64,000 nt of DNA. It comes from Ignavibacteriota bacterium. Its GTDB lineage: Bacteria; Bacteroidota; Ignavibacteria; UBA10030. The DNA is taken from NCBI GenBank assembly GCA_963701295.1, contig OY969585.1, positions 3,488,001-3,552,000 of the forward strand. The letters run 5' to 3'. Both the position numbers and the translations under genes were made by a program. This document shows positions 33,766 through 45,412 of the stretch, one piece after another; the first letter of the stretch is position 1; each line of letters opens with the position of its first letter. The notes below the pieces were generated by a model. That model saw only the letters and a list, made by a program, of their open reading frames with translations, was not told the origin of the DNA and did no database searches.

Positions 33766-35103
33766 CTATGGCCCAGTAGCACCTACACGACTAGAACTTA
33801 ATTCTGTTGTTTGTAATTGTAAAAGTTGTTGAAGACGCCGTTTGTTATTTGCATAGTTCATAGCGTTTTCCATCGAAATTTTCTTCTGCAAGTATAGACG
33901 TTTTAAGTCTTGTTCCATGGTGATCATACCAAGATCCGTGCCTTCCGCAATCATTTGATAGATCTCGCTAACATTATTATTTTTGATGGCAGCATATACT
34001 GAGGGAGTTCCAAGCATCACTTCTTTCGCGAGTACACGTTTACCGTCTAAACTGGGAACAAGTTTTTGCGAAATAACACATCGGATCGTCTCTGCTAAAC
34101 GATTCCGTACTCGTTCCTGCTCAATAGGCGGTGTCTCACCGATGATACGGTCAATGCTCTCAACTGCCGATGCCGTATGTAATGTAGAAAAGACTTTGTG
34201 ACCAGAATCTGTAATTTCCAGCGCTGCTAAAATCGTGTCAGCATCTCGCAACTCACCGACCATAATAATATCCGGGTCTTGACGTAATGCCTGCACTGCA
34301 CCGTCTCTAAAGGAAAGCACATCTCTGCCAACTTCTCTATGTCTAATGATGCATTTATCTGATTTATGAACAAATTCAATAGGCGAAGCAATAATAACAA
34401 CATGCCCTTCTACACTATGATTGTTGGCATCGATAATGGAATCCAGCGTGCAACTCTTCCCCGATCCAGTTATACCTGTGACGAGGCAAAGCCCTTCCTT
34501 CGTATGTGCCAGACTAAGTACTTTTGTGACATTTGAGTGCAACTCCAGTCCTTTATAAGGGCGAAGTGTGTTATTAATTGCGCGCATATTCAGCGCGAGC
34601 TGATCCAAGTCAAAATATACGTCCGCACGGAACCTTCTGAAATCTGAACTTTCCATATAAAGCATATGAGAGAAGTCAAGATTTCTGTTCTCAAAGAGAA
34701 ATGCTCTTTGCCGTTCTCCAACAATGCTTTGGATAAGAACATTAATTTCGTCCTGTGAATATTTTCCAAGCGATGGATCTGATCTTTTTGAACCGTACAC
34801 TCGATACCAGATATAGCCTTGCGAGCCATATCCTCCCATATCAATATCAGAAGCGTTGATCGTAAACATACGGGTGAGAAAATGATTAACCAGAGCCAAC
34901 AGCTTCATTTTCGTTGTTTCATCAGTCCGCGTCATGATATCGCTAATCATCATTTGCCGCTCAAGCCCTGTAACCGTTTTTGGGAATTGAGATGCTATCT
35001 CTTTCAAAATTTTTTGTGCATCGGTAACTATTGGCGGTAAGTCTGATGATACATCAACAACGGATGGTATATTTGGATATGGGTTTTTGACTTGTGCTGC
35101 CAT
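33766..35103 (-). CDS. pilT: PilT/PilU retraction ATPase
   Basis: GITGSGKS, ALRQDPDIIMVGELRD, GHKVFSTLHT, AIKNN. Confidence 0.88.
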   Translation of the reverse strand: MAAQVKNPYPNIPSVVDVSSDLPPIVTDAQKILKEIASQFPKTVTGLERQMMISDIMTRTDETTKMKLLALVNHFLTRMFTINASDIDMGGYGSQGYIWYRVYGSKRSDPSLGKYSQDEINVLIQSIVGERQRAFLFENRNLDFSHMLYMESSDFRRFRADVYFDLDQLALNMRAINNTLRPYKGLELHSNVTKVLSLAHTKEGLCLVTGITGSGKSCTLDSIIDANNHSVEGHVVIIASPIEFVHKSDKCIIRHREVGRDVLSFRDGAVQALRQDPDIIMVGELRDADTILAALEITDSGHKVFSTLHTASAVESIDRIIGETPPIEQERVRNRLAETIRCVISQKLVPSLDGKRVLAKEVMLGTPSVYAAIKNNNVSEIYQMIAEGTDLGMITMEQDLKRLYLQKKISMENAMNYANNKRRLQQLLQLQTTELSSSRVGATGP

Positions 35104-35395
35104 GCAATTGAATTCTCTTATGTAACCTGATAATTAAAGTTCATAGATTCTTCAGTATCTTTCATTTTCATGGTCGGTTAGATAATAAGGAACTCCAATT
35201 AAAAAAGCAAATGATGAAAAGGATTTTTTTAAGTGTTAACCCCATCTTCCTATACTGACTCCATTTACCTGTTCCGTCACCTACGATTCTTCTTCCTGGA
35301 ATGAAGGGCAAAGCAAATAGAAAAGCAGTCGAGAATTTTCTCTGTCACATTGATTATTGCCTATTTTGCCCTATTTTCTTCATTCATCAGAATGG

Positions 35396-37188
35396 CTAAT
35401 CCTCTTCGGTTGTGTTCGAGACGACTTCTTCGAGAGTGGTACTTCCCTCTTTCATTCTCTCCATCCCCGATCGTCGCAATGACCACATTCCGTCCTTTAT
35501 TGCTTGATCACGGATAGCATTCTCGTCTACTTTATCGCCTGCATTCAAAATAATATCCTTAATTGGCTTAGTAAAGTATAAAGCCTCATGAATTGCAGCG
35601 CGTCCCTTATATCCGCCGCTACATTTTTCACATCCGACTGCTGTATAAAATGTATGGGTAGAGATATCTTCATCGGTAAGACCGAATTTCAAGAGGTCTT
35701 TCTTTTCACTATTATCCATCGGTTTCTTGCATACATTGCAAAGCGTGCGGATAAGTCGCTGGGCGACAATAACATTGATTGCATATGCAAGCAGGAATGG
35801 TTCAATACCCATTTTGAACAAACGCGCAATTGCACTGGGGGCATCATTTGTATGCAATGTTGAAAAAACCAAATGGCCTGTATTTGCCATCTTAATGGCC
35901 GTTTCTGCGGTTATCTTATCTCGCATTTCACCAACAAGCACAATGTCAGGATCGTGACGCAGGATTCCACGGATCGCCTCGTCAAATCCCATCTTAGGAC
36001 CAATTTTCAGCTGACGCGCTCCTTTGACGATATATTCTACCGGGTCTTCGATCGTCAACACATTCACAGTGGGATCAATAACCTGATACAACGCTGCAAT
36101 CAGTGTAGTTGATTTACCGGATCCAGTCGGACCTGTAAGAATGATAATCCCCTGAGGTTTATTAATGGCTTTATAAAAGAATTGACGTGCCGGTCCCTGT
36201 AACCCTAATTTTTCTAAATCGGTGATAACTTTGCGGTCATCCAATACGCGGATAACAACGCTCTCAAACTTATGTTTGAATTCCGTAGTTACGATTGGCA
36301 TGATTGAAACACGGAACCGGAGTTGATGCCCGTCAATAACGCGTTGTATGAATCCATCTTGAGTCATTTCACGCTCAAACCGATCTACATTCTTCGTACG
36401 ATCCTTGATCACCGCGAGCACTGCCTCAGGAACTGTGTTATCTTGAATGTGCCAGACTTGCAGATCGCCGTCCATGCGAAATAAAAAGTTGGTTCGGTTA
36501 CCTTCCGACGCGACGACGTGAATGTCACTTGCACCCCGTCTCACTGCTTCAACCAAACACCCCTCGAACAGATTGACCAAAGCGCTCTTGCTGATTTCTG
36601 CTTCGAGAGCCTGTTCATCAAGTTGTTCATCTCCTCCGCCACCTTCTTCAACAGTGATTTTATTATCATCAAGAAGTTTTAGAAACTCGTTTTGGGCTGG
36701 TGCCACTTTATCCATTAACGACTGGAATTCTTTTAAGCGCACATAACAAATTTCATATTTCTTCACATTGAAACTGCGAGCCACAATAGGCAGATTGCGA
36801 TCAGTAGGATCCGCTGCTATAATGATGAGTTTATCCGGCTGGCGTTCATCAAATTTGAACGGCAACATTTTTGATTGGATCATCATTTCGCGCTGCTGGT
36901 CTGAAAGCTGATCGACATATTTCTTTGTAAAAGCGATCCGTGCATCATCAACTTTTTCATCATCCTAAGAAATACTTCGCGGAAAGCATAAAGATTTGCC
37001 ACTTCGCGGAATACCGCATCGTGATCTGCTCCAAATTCTGTTACAAGGATCTGCCCAAGATTTTTTCGGTTTTTCTTATTTTCATCGGAATCCTTCATCT
37101 TGAGGGACTTCTCAAGCGTTTCAAAGTCGATAATCCCCTTTTTGAGGAGCGTGTAACCGATTTTATCAGTTATATCTATTTCGGCCAT
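35396..37188 (-). CDS. pilB: PilB/GspE assembly ATPase; frameshift near 36965
   Basis: MshEN-like N-terminus in ORF 36883..37188 plus ASDIH, GPTGSGKS, TLHTND and Zn CxxC motifs in ORF 35396..36886. Confidence 0.88.
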
Positions 37189-37244
37189 GGTTCCATTCCT
37201 CTTTCTTTCATAACACTCTCCGCATGTCTTGCACTATATATATT

Positions 37245-38615
37245 TTAAGGAAGTAAAAGGTGCAATGGCAAAAGCATATGCGGATTTTCAGGCTTTACCA
37301 ATGCCGTTTCCGAAGAAACGATAGTCAACGCTGTAAGCACAACCATCATGATCATCGACACTGACAATTGAATAACTTCGATGGCATTTTTCATGCGATA
37401 GGATGTTTCTTTTTCGTAGTACTCAGCCAATTGAAGCGCAGTCGCTTTTACTGTGCCTGTCTCGGCACCGGAACTAAATCTAGAAATAGCAGTTTTGGTG
37501 AACACACCTGTTGCCTCAAACGCCTCCGTCAAACCTTTGCCACGTTCGAGCATCATCGGTATCGCTATCGTTTTAATCTGATGTTCCATATATCTGTTAC
37601 CGCATGCCTCTGCTGCCATTCGGATAATTTCAATGTTTTCACCCGATCCGCTGTAGAGTGCGTAAAACACACGGCAGAATATTTCGATAGCTGTTTTGTG
37701 CAACATAGAACCAATCACCGGAATTTTAATTAAGTATTGATCTGCCAAGAATCTGCCCCGCTCTGTCCTTATAAATCGCAATAATACAATCAATGGCACA
37801 GTAAATAGGATGGTAAGAACAAGTGCATTGCCCATCAACCAGTCACTGAACTTTAGTGTCGCCGCAGTCATCGGAGGAAGTTTAATGTGAAATTTTATAA
37901 ACATTTCCGCTGTTTTGGGAAATATATATGCGACATAGAACAAACAGGCGAGGAACAATACGAACAACGTAATCAAAGGTGTTATGAGTGCACTCTTGAG
38001 GTTTCTTTTGAATTCTGCATTTCGTTCCATAAATTTTGCAGCGCTCTCATAAATCTCCACCATATTGCCGCTCTTTGATGCTAAGCCAAGCATTTGTGCG
38101 GTGAATTTGCCGATTACCGGCGCTTGTTTCATGAAAACTTTTTCGCTGTCTTTTCCTTGCTTCAATTCCGCATTAATTTCCTTAATGGATTCGCGAAGAG
38201 TTGCATTGGGAATGTCATTGATAAGCAATTGCATCACTTCATTGAATGGAAGTTTTTGCCTCATTAAATCTGTGCTCACTCGTACAAAAGTGATAACATC
38301 AACTGTGGGGGCGGCACGTTGTTTTGTGCCAAATAATTTTTTTCTAACGTAGACAACGCGAAACCCCATCTTCTCTAATGCAATACGAACTTCATCAGAA
38401 GTGAATGCTTTCTGTTCACCGTCAATCGGCTTGTCATCCCCCTTTTGTACACGATAGATGAACGAAAGCCGTTCGTGAATTCCCGTCACTTTAAATTTCT
38501 TGTCGTGAGAGAGTTCTGCTGCTTTTATTTTAGCAATGCTTCTAGTGTCGGCAGTAATTGACCCGGAAACCGCCTTCCCAGAAAGCGTCACACCATCGAT
38601 ACGATATTCAGGCAT
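37245..38615 (-). CDS. pilC: PilC/GspF inner-membrane platform protein
   Basis: Two GspF repeats, KLPPMT, KIPVIG, GAETG. Confidence 0.88.
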   Translation of the reverse strand: MPEYRIDGVTLSGKAVSGSITADTRSIAKIKAAELSHDKKFKVTGIHERLSFIYRVQKGDDKPIDGEQKAFTSDEVRIALEKMGFRVVYVRKKLFGTKQRAAPTVDVITFVRVSTDLMRQKLPFNEVMQLLINDIPNATLRESIKEINAELKQGKDSEKVFMKQAPVIGKFTAQMLGLASKSGNMVEIYESAAKFMERNAEFKRNLKSALITPLITLFVLFLACLFYVAYIFPKTAEMFIKFHIKLPPMTAATLKFSDWLMGNALVLTILFTVPLIVLLRFIRTERGRFLADQYLIKIPVIGSMLHKTAIEIFCRVFYALYSGSGENIEIIRMAAEACGNRYMEHQIKTIAIPMMLERGKGLTEAFEATGVFTKTAISRFSSGAETGTVKATALQLAEYYEKETSYRMKNAIEVIQLSVSMIMMVVLTALTIVSSETALVKPENPHMLLPLHLLLP

Positions 38616-38798
38616 ACGATTTTATATTTTATTGGTGAATAAATGATTTGAATAGAATTATCTCCGTTTTCATACTACGATAATACACTTTTTCGCTCTC
38701 TGTGTCAAGAACCCATGGTTCAACAATTCTCCTACTACTACTCAAAACTGTCAAATCGGCTGCCGAATCTCGCATACCGGGTTACGCAGTCTCAATCT

Positions 38799-40319
38799 CT
38801 ATCCCCTTTGTAGCTTATCTCGTACCATTTCAGTAATGTGGCGGAAGTCTATCTTGCCGTTTCCCATCTTTGGAAGATCTTCAATCACCACAAAGTGCTT
38901 CGGCAAAGCGATATTCGGTAATTCTTCGGACATTTTTCTTAGAATTATCTTTTCGTCAATTTTCCGTGTAATGGCTGCGACAATCTTTGCTCCACGCACA
39001 GAATCCGGCACTTCCACAACGCAGCATGAAATTTCTTCCGGCAGAAGATGCTCCAGCACATTTTCTACTCGGATCAAGGACACCATCTCGCCACCAATTT
39101 TCATGAACCGTTTTAATCGGCCCACATGCCAGAGATATCCTTCTGCATCGTGATATCCCATATCTCCGGTATCATACCACCCGTGGCGAATACTGAGTGT
39201 TGTCGCTTCAAAATCATCGAAATATCCCTTCATGATATTTTCGCCCTTCACGAGTATCTTTCCAATTTCACCAACACCGCATTCCTCGCCAGTCTCGTAG
39301 TTCTCAACGCGCACCTTTACATTAGGTAATGGCTGTCCCACACTTCCAGCCCGATTGGCCACAGGAGAATTTACACTAATCACAGGACTTGTCTCTGTAC
39401 AGCCGTATCCTTCCAGTAGAGTAATATTATGTTTATGAAGAAATTCCTCCCGAAGTGAGTCGGGTGTTTTGTCCGCACCGGTCAGCATGATACGGCATGT
39501 GGAAAAATCTCCCGGAACAGATTTTCTCAAATATCCCCACATGAATATCGGCGTGCCCACAACAAATGTAATTTTTTCCTCGCGGATGATATCGCAAATA
39601 TTTTTAAAATCCAATGGATTAGCATATGTCACAATCGTCATCCCATAATACAACGGAAGCCACAAGTTTGCCGTCAATCCAAATACATGGAAGAATGGAA
39701 GGTTGGCGAGAAAAATATCTTCATCGCTAAGATCAAACACCTGGGAAATACCGATGAGATTAGCAGAAATATTCCGGTGCGTTAAGAGAACCGCTTTAGG
39801 ATCTTTTTCACTTCCGCTTGTAAAAAGAACAACGACATTATCATCTTCCTCGCCACCATGGATTTTTTTCAGAAGCCGTTCCACTGGAAGCTTTGCACGG
39901 AGCGCTGCTTTAATTTTATCGAGAATAGATACTTTCGCCAAAACATCCTCAATAAAGATCATACCAGGAACTCGTGGACAATTAACCTTTTCAAGGAGCG
40001 CTTTCGATGTGATGATAATTCTCAATGCGCATTTCTTCTGGGTATATTCGCAGTTTTGTGCAGCACCGGTGGAATAGTTGATCATCACTGGAGTTCGGCC
40101 GCTCATAAGCGCTCCAAGAATGGAAAACGCACACCCGGCAGAAGTTGGTATCATAATACCGATAAAACCCTCTTCGAATTTCCTGAACTTATCCGCCAAG
40201 ATAAGTGAAGCTATAAGTGCTTTTCCGTAGCTGAAATTCTTACCTGTTGTGCGATCGATAATTGCTGTTTTGTTTTCAAATTTTTTGGCGATGCGTACAA
40301 AGTGGTGATGAAGAAGCAT
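38799..40319 (-). CDS. AMP-binding acyl-ACP synthetase (Aas C-terminal-like)
   Basis: FTSGSEKDPKAV, EGYGCTE, WYDTGD, RFMKIGGEMVSL. Confidence 0.85.
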   Translation of the reverse strand: MLLHHHFVRIAKKFENKTAIIDRTTGKNFSYGKALIASLILADKFRKFEEGFIGIMIPTSAGCAFSILGALMSGRTPVMINYSTGAAQNCEYTQKKCALRIIITSKALLEKVNCPRVPGMIFIEDVLAKVSILDKIKAALRAKLPVERLLKKIHGGEEDDNVVVLFTSGSEKDPKAVLLTHRNISANLIGISQVFDLSDEDIFLANLPFFHVFGLTANLWLPLYYGMTIVTYANPLDFKNICDIIREEKITFVVGTPIFMWGYLRKSVPGDFSTCRIMLTGADKTPDSLREEFLHKHNITLLEGYGCTETSPVISVNSPVANRAGSVGQPLPNVKVRVENYETGEECGVGEIGKILVKGENIMKGYFDDFEATTLSIRHGWYDTGDMGYHDAEGYLWHVGRLKRFMKIGGEMVSLIRVENVLEHLLPEEISCCVVEVPDSVRGAKIVAAITRKIDEKIILRKMSEELPNIALPKHFVVIEDLPKMGNGKIDFRHITEMVRDKLQRG

Positions 40320-40485
40320 ATCTCATTCCTTTTGAATGATAATCGAAATATAAAATATATTCCGTGCTGTCAACTGAACGGTAATGCATTTTGATTCAAG
40401 ATAGAAGAGTTTGCGAACAACGGCAAGAAGAATTTTCCTAATCAAGAATCCTGGCGTAAAAATAATGAAAACTCAGAATAGAGCA

Positions 40486-41652
40486 TTAATGCCAGTCCCA
40501 AAATATTGTAACGAGATAGAAGATAGTAAGAATTGCTCCAACAGCCGAAATGCCAAATGTCATCGCCGGTGAGAATGCATACCATAGCCATCCCGCAACA
40601 CTGCTGGCAATCAATATGCAAATACTTTGCATGCCAGTATAGAATCCGATGGCAGTTGCTACATCGTTCTTTGGAACAATATTGGATATCCACGCCTTCG
40701 ATATTCCCTCAGTACCTGCGGCATACATTCCATAGAAGAAGAACAGCACAAGCAAATCAGTCGTTGATGTTGCAAAAATTATTCCACCATAGACAAATGC
40801 AAACAACGCTAATCCGAGAACGAGTGTTGTCTTCAATCCGATCTTATCTCCCAGCGCGCCTATCGGATATGACATCATCGCATAGATAAAATTATAGAAA
40901 ATGTACACACCAATCACTTGTAGGTCGGTTGCTCCTTGATGCCGCATCATTAAGAGAAGCAGGATATCGGAACTATTTATTAACGCAAAAAAGAGAAGTC
41001 CGACAACAAGAAATCTGAATTGAAGCGGAGCTGTTTTCCAGTACTTCAGGAATGCAAAGAATCCGGGCATCTCCACCGATACTGATTGTCGGTATTTTTC
41101 CTGCACACGAAATGTTAAAGCACTTGCAAGAACTCCTGGAATAAAAGCCAACAGAAACAGCGTTTTATACTGCCCCGGATAAAATATCAGAAAGACCAAC
41201 GCTGCAAGCGGACCAAGCGTTGCGCCGAGTGTATCGAATGCCCGATGAAATCCAAACACTCGTCCTTTAAACTCTGGTGCGGTTTCTGCCGATAGCATCG
41301 CATCGCGAGCACCAGTCCGAATTCCTTTCCCCAACCGATCAAGCGTGCGTACACCAAATATCCAGAGTGGAAATGACAAGACCGCCATCATCGGCTTGGA
41401 AATTGCACTGAGGGAGTAACCCAATTGGATAAACCTTTTTCTTCTCCCTACTGTATCCGAAAGATGACCAAAATATCCTTTACTCAATCCAGCGGTCGCT
41501 TCCGCAACACCTTCCAAAAGACCTATGAACACAACGGAAAAGCCAATGCTGGTAAGATACATCGGCATGACAGGATAGAGCATTTCACTAGCGATGTCGG
41601 TACAAAAACTCACGAGCGAAAGAAGAACTATCGTACGAGTAATAAATTTCAT
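40486..41652 (-). CDS. MFS transporter
   Basis: Many TM segments, GHLSDTVGRRK motif A. Confidence 0.88.
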   Translation of the reverse strand: MKFITRTIVLLSLVSFCTDIASEMLYPVMPMYLTSIGFSVVFIGLLEGVAEATAGLSKGYFGHLSDTVGRRKRFIQLGYSLSAISKPMMAVLSFPLWIFGVRTLDRLGKGIRTGARDAMLSAETAPEFKGRVFGFHRAFDTLGATLGPLAALVFLIFYPGQYKTLFLLAFIPGVLASALTFRVQEKYRQSVSVEMPGFFAFLKYWKTAPLQFRFLVVGLLFFALINSSDILLLLMMRHQGATDLQVIGVYIFYNFIYAMMSYPIGALGDKIGLKTTLVLGLALFAFVYGGIIFATSTTDLLVLFFFYGMYAAGTEGISKAWISNIVPKNDVATAIGFYTGMQSICILIASSVAGWLWYAFSPAMTFGISAVGAILTIFYLVTIFWDWH

Positions 41653-41960
41653 CACATTTTTCCGTATCAAAACATTTTAATATACTCACCAACTCTCGAG
41701 AGAGCAATACCGCCACATTCATTCCTGGATATTTCGATGGAATGAAAGAAAAAGTTTGTTATATTTCTAGCAAATCATTTTATAAAAAATTCGTATAAGA
41801 ACAGGAAGTGTATGAACTCAGAGCTAATCATTCAGGGCATGCTTGGCGGAACATTGCAACGTTGATGACAGTAGCCATCACAGGAATTCTTATCGATGGA
41901 TAGATCACATCGCACTATACTTCTGCACAATGTTAAACTTATTTTGAAAAATATTTCACT

Positions 41961-42725
41961 TTGATTCGCTCCTTACTCATCTGGATCACTACAGGTATAG
42001 TCATTTTTTTTTGGCTATTCTTACTTGCCCTGAGCCGTCTCTTCGACCATGATCCCGTTTTGTATCGAACAGGGTTTCTATTCAGAAAACTCGGGAAGAC
42101 TCTGACCCAAATCAATCCTGCATGGAAGCTTCACATTTCAGGAGAAACCATTTCAAATCCGAGGCAGCCGTATGTTGTTGTGTGCAACCATCAATCAATG
42201 GCAGATATTCCGTTGATCAGCAACTTACCTTGGGAAATGAAATGGATGGCGAAAAAGGAATTATTTAGGATTCCAGTAGTCGGATGGATGATGCGGCTTG
42301 CGGGTGATATTTCTGTTGATCGGAAAAATCCTCGCAGCGGTGCACTTGCACTTATTAAAGCCCAGCGAGTGCTTGAACAAAAATGTTCTGTGATGATTTT
42401 CCCTGAAGGTACACGCACACTCGACGGGCGTGTGCGGCAATTCACCGATGGAGCATTTCACCTTGCCATCAAAGCCAAAGTACCGATCCTGCCGCTCGTC
42501 ATCGAAGGTTCGCGCGATTGTATTCCGAAGAATAGCTGGAAATTTGGCAAACCCTCGAACATTTTTTTGAAAGTCCTGCCTCCCGTCGATACTTCTTCGT
42601 TGACCGTACAAGATGTTTCTACCTTGCGCGATACCATACGCATGGCAATTATGAAACAAATAGCAGAATCGCGCTCTGTACCTGTAGAGTCTGTAGATGG
42701 TATGAATTCGTTTTCTGCAACATAA
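41961..42725 (+). CDS. plsC: 1-acyl-sn-glycerol-3-phosphate acyltransferase
   Basis: NHQSMAD, FPEGTR. Confidence 0.88.
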   Translation: MIRSLLIWITTGIVIFFWLFLLALSRLFDHDPVLYRTGFLFRKLGKTLTQINPAWKLHISGETISNPRQPYVVVCNHQSMADIPLISNLPWEMKWMAKKELFRIPVVGWMMRLAGDISVDRKNPRSGALALIKAQRVLEQKCSVMIFPEGTRTLDGRVRQFTDGAFHLAIKAKVPILPLVIEGSRDCIPKNSWKFGKPSNIFLKVLPPVDTSSLTVQDVSTLRDTIRMAIMKQIAESRSVPVESVDGMNSFSAT

Positions 42726-43083
42726 CGTCGCTCGTAGCCTTGCTGCTCGTTAACTCTAGTATATGAAAAGTACTTTTCTGTTCCACGAAGTTATTACTTG
42801 CGATTACGCACGTCTCGTTGTGCAGAAGACAAATTACTACCCTCGCCGTTGCTCGAAAATTACTCCTGCTGATCTATACTTTGTGGAAAACAAATTTCCC
42901 CTATATCCCTGATTATAAATCTATCTAGAATACATCAGAAGGTCTTTCGTTTTAAAACATTCTTCGTTAGTTATTCTATTACGCCACAGGCGTATCAGTC
43001 TTTGGCGGAGAAATATTTTTTGCTTAGACTCTTGACATTGAACACAGTACATGGTTAGACGACAAAAAAATACTTTACGGCTA

Positions 43084-43420
43084 TTATGACAAGTAAAACA
43101 AGCGAGCTGACGAACGGATAACAATGAAATAGATAGTGCAAGCAGTGTTTTTATTTGAAATAATTTCAGTGGGATTTGATAGTTCGTTTATCTGATCGGC
43201 AATTTTATCAATCAGCTCTGCTTGTTCAAGTTCATTTTGTTCTAGAAGTTTTACTCGTTTCTCTCCTTGTTCCAACGAGATATTTTTATGCTTGCCGTCC
43301 TCTTTCGAAGCGTTTCTGAAATATTTCTTAACATCGCCGAAAATCTTTCCGCCGGTTTCAACAATGATCGGACCATATTTCAAGATTTTATACCATGGTA
43401 TTTTCGAAAGAATGCTAACG
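43084..43420 (-). pseudogene. Small coiled-coil hypothetical protein, probably degraded; distal cassette
   Basis: ORF 43084..43383 without a clear start; lies just after an attC R' arm at 43468. Confidence 0.4.
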
Positions 43421-43467
43421 GCACTTATTGGATTATCTTCCTATGTTTATTGAAGAATGTTTTTACC

Positions 43468-43487
43468 GCTTAACGGATGGGCGCTGA
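43468..43487 (-). repeat. attC remnant (R'/L' arm only)
   Basis: gcttaacggatgggcgctga matches the arm at 49551. Confidence 0.65.
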
Positions 43488-43563
43488 TCGCACACGATCT
43501 CCTTTGTTTGCTTTCTATTATATATATTCTTTATCAACGGAACAGTAATCTGTCGGTTTCTCC

Positions 43564-44820
43564 TTACGAACCAGAAGGATTTACTATCTTGCCAATAAAC
43601 AATATCGTTCCAGATTGATGTTCACGAATGGCAAAAATAAAAGGATGATCAATGCGCATAACATTGATTTCAGGTCTACCGGGGTATACAGCTGTTATTC
43701 CAACACCTATTATTGTCACAGCAGCAGCCTCTGTCCCTTCCTCATCAACATCCACATACGTTTTGTGTAATACGTCGGAAACGAATAATCCGCCAATAGC
43801 ACTTATGTGACTAAGGTCTGCCCTCAAAGGGTCAAACGCTATTCCCATACCTAGTGCCTTCAATTCATCCTTCAATGATTGAGAATATTTCAGCGTAAAT
43901 TTAGGCATATATACATCGACTTTTGCTGAATCTAATTTGTTTATAATTGTATTCCATTGAGCTTGCGTCAGTGCCGATGCAAATTGATCAATGGAAATTC
44001 CGGCAGAAGGTAATATAATCGTCATACTATATGACCGATCACTGTAAGGTAAATCTATCGCTTGTACAGAACTATCTGCATAATATGCATAGGTGTCTTC
44101 CTGGCTCATTAACTTGCATGTTGTAACGCTTCCATCTTCGCATGTGAAAGATGCATCTTTAGTACCCGATGTGTCAAATTTATACGTCCACGTCCCTTTA
44201 AAATATATTGCATTGATGAGATACATTACGATATCGGATGGAATATTGCCATCTATTATCGTCGGGATTTTACCGTTTGTCTTCGTGTTCACCCAATTGT
44301 TGATGGCTTGTGATGCACTGGGCAGAGTAAAATTCAGAGAGTCCACTTCTGCATCGAAATAGTTTTTATTGACATTCAAGAAATTGGACAACACCGGAAA
44401 TCCACCTCTATACCAGATAGAATTAGCATTTTGGAATGTGACGTGAGCATCAAGGGTTGTTAATAAGGCAGAGACATTTTTATACGCATTGTTTATATCA
44501 TTCAATGACATACCAGCATCGCCAAGCGCCTGTTCCAACGAATCAAGCGTAGAACCATTTGCACCATTGAGCAGCATGCCAAATGCCATGGAAACACTAA
44601 AGGGAGAGATGAACACGTTCTTGTTTTGTTCACTTCCGTTGATTCGGGCAAAGAGCTTGAAGCCGAATGAATTATCAGATGAGACAATGGTATTTTCTAC
44701 TATATCAAGATGACGGATATTTGGCTGAACTTGTGACGGTTCAGTGCAATTAGTTCGACAACCCAATAAAACAGTTGTGGCAATTACGAAAACAAGAATT
44801 AGAAATATTGTTTTATTCAT
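43564..44820 (-). CDS. Serpin-family lipoprotein
   Basis: NVFISPFS, NAIYFKGTW, EEGTEAAA hinge, DHPFIFAI; lipobox LLGC. Confidence 0.93.
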   Translation of the reverse strand: MNKTIFLILVFVIATTVLLGCRTNCTEPSQVQPNIRHLDIVENTIVSSDNSFGFKLFARINGSEQNKNVFISPFSVSMAFGMLLNGANGSTLDSLEQALGDAGMSLNDINNAYKNVSALLTTLDAHVTFQNANSIWYRGGFPVLSNFLNVNKNYFDAEVDSLNFTLPSASQAINNWVNTKTNGKIPTIIDGNIPSDIVMYLINAIYFKGTWTYKFDTSGTKDASFTCEDGSVTTCKLMSQEDTYAYYADSSVQAIDLPYSDRSYSMTIILPSAGISIDQFASALTQAQWNTIINKLDSAKVDVYMPKFTLKYSQSLKDELKALGMGIAFDPLRADLSHISAIGGLFVSDVLHKTYVDVDEEGTEAAAVTIIGVGITAVYPGRPEINVMRIDHPFIFAIREHQSGTILFIGKIVNPSGS

Positions 44821-44943
44821 AAGACGCTCCTTTGTATGAGAATAAATAGAACAAGTCCATCCTCTTCACTTTTAAGCCGGAGGCTCATACGCCTTGGACT
44901 TACAAATCCGTACCCACTGTTGCAAATCATAAATTTTGAAAAG

Positions 44944-44977
44944 CGTTCATTCCGTCAGCTTGAGTGCCTGGTTAGGC
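44944..44977 (-). repeat. attC remnant (R''/L'' arm)
   Basis: ttcattccgtcagcttgagtgcctggttaggc; stop codon of ORF 44972..45388 lies inside R''. Confidence 0.8.
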
Positions 44978-45388
44978 AGCATTACTTTGTCCCGACGAAT
45001 ATTTCGATTCAAAATACTTTTTTTGGCATTCCTTCCAATCCATAAATCCAACCCACCCAAACATTACGACCATTGGAAGAACAACGAATACTATTGTATA
45101 TAATATTTTTGCTTCATACGACAGAAACCAAGTCAAAAGCAATGACAGAGGTAGCCCATAGAGCAGGCTAAATTTCAACGAGTAAGCAATCTGCTTATTC
45201 TTAATTCTTTCAAATTGAACGACACGTTTCTTCATGCTCTTTTCTAAAAAAAAGAATAAAGCAAACAAAAGAAATAATATTACAAATATTCCGACAACCA
45301 TCATATTTAATGGCGGTGGATTAAATATCAATCTTACCAATAGTGGAACAAAGAAAATGAATGGAATATATTTATTTTTGTTTTCCAT
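44972..45388 (-). CDS. Small 4-TM hypothetical cassette protein
   Basis: GAGGAG RBS, hydrophobic segments, TAA overlapping the attC R'' box. Confidence 0.7.
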   Translation of the reverse strand: MENKNKYIPFIFFVPLLVRLIFNPPPLNMMVVGIFVILFLLFALFFFLEKSMKKRVVQFERIKNKQIAYSLKFSLLYGLPLSLLLTWFLSYEAKILYTIVFVVLPMVVMFGWVGFMDWKECQKKYFESKYSSGQSNAA

Positions 45389-45412
45389 GTGTCTCCTCGT
45401 TTTGATAATGTT

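Noticed and set aside
41812-41903. Short hydrophobic reading frame upstream of plsC
   Set aside because: About 30 codons, interrupted; too short to call as a leader peptide or gene remnant.
42717-42760. gcaacataac at the plsC stop as the terminal recombination site of the array
   Set aside because: Only a 7-bp core-like match with no L box or partner arm; cannot be supported.
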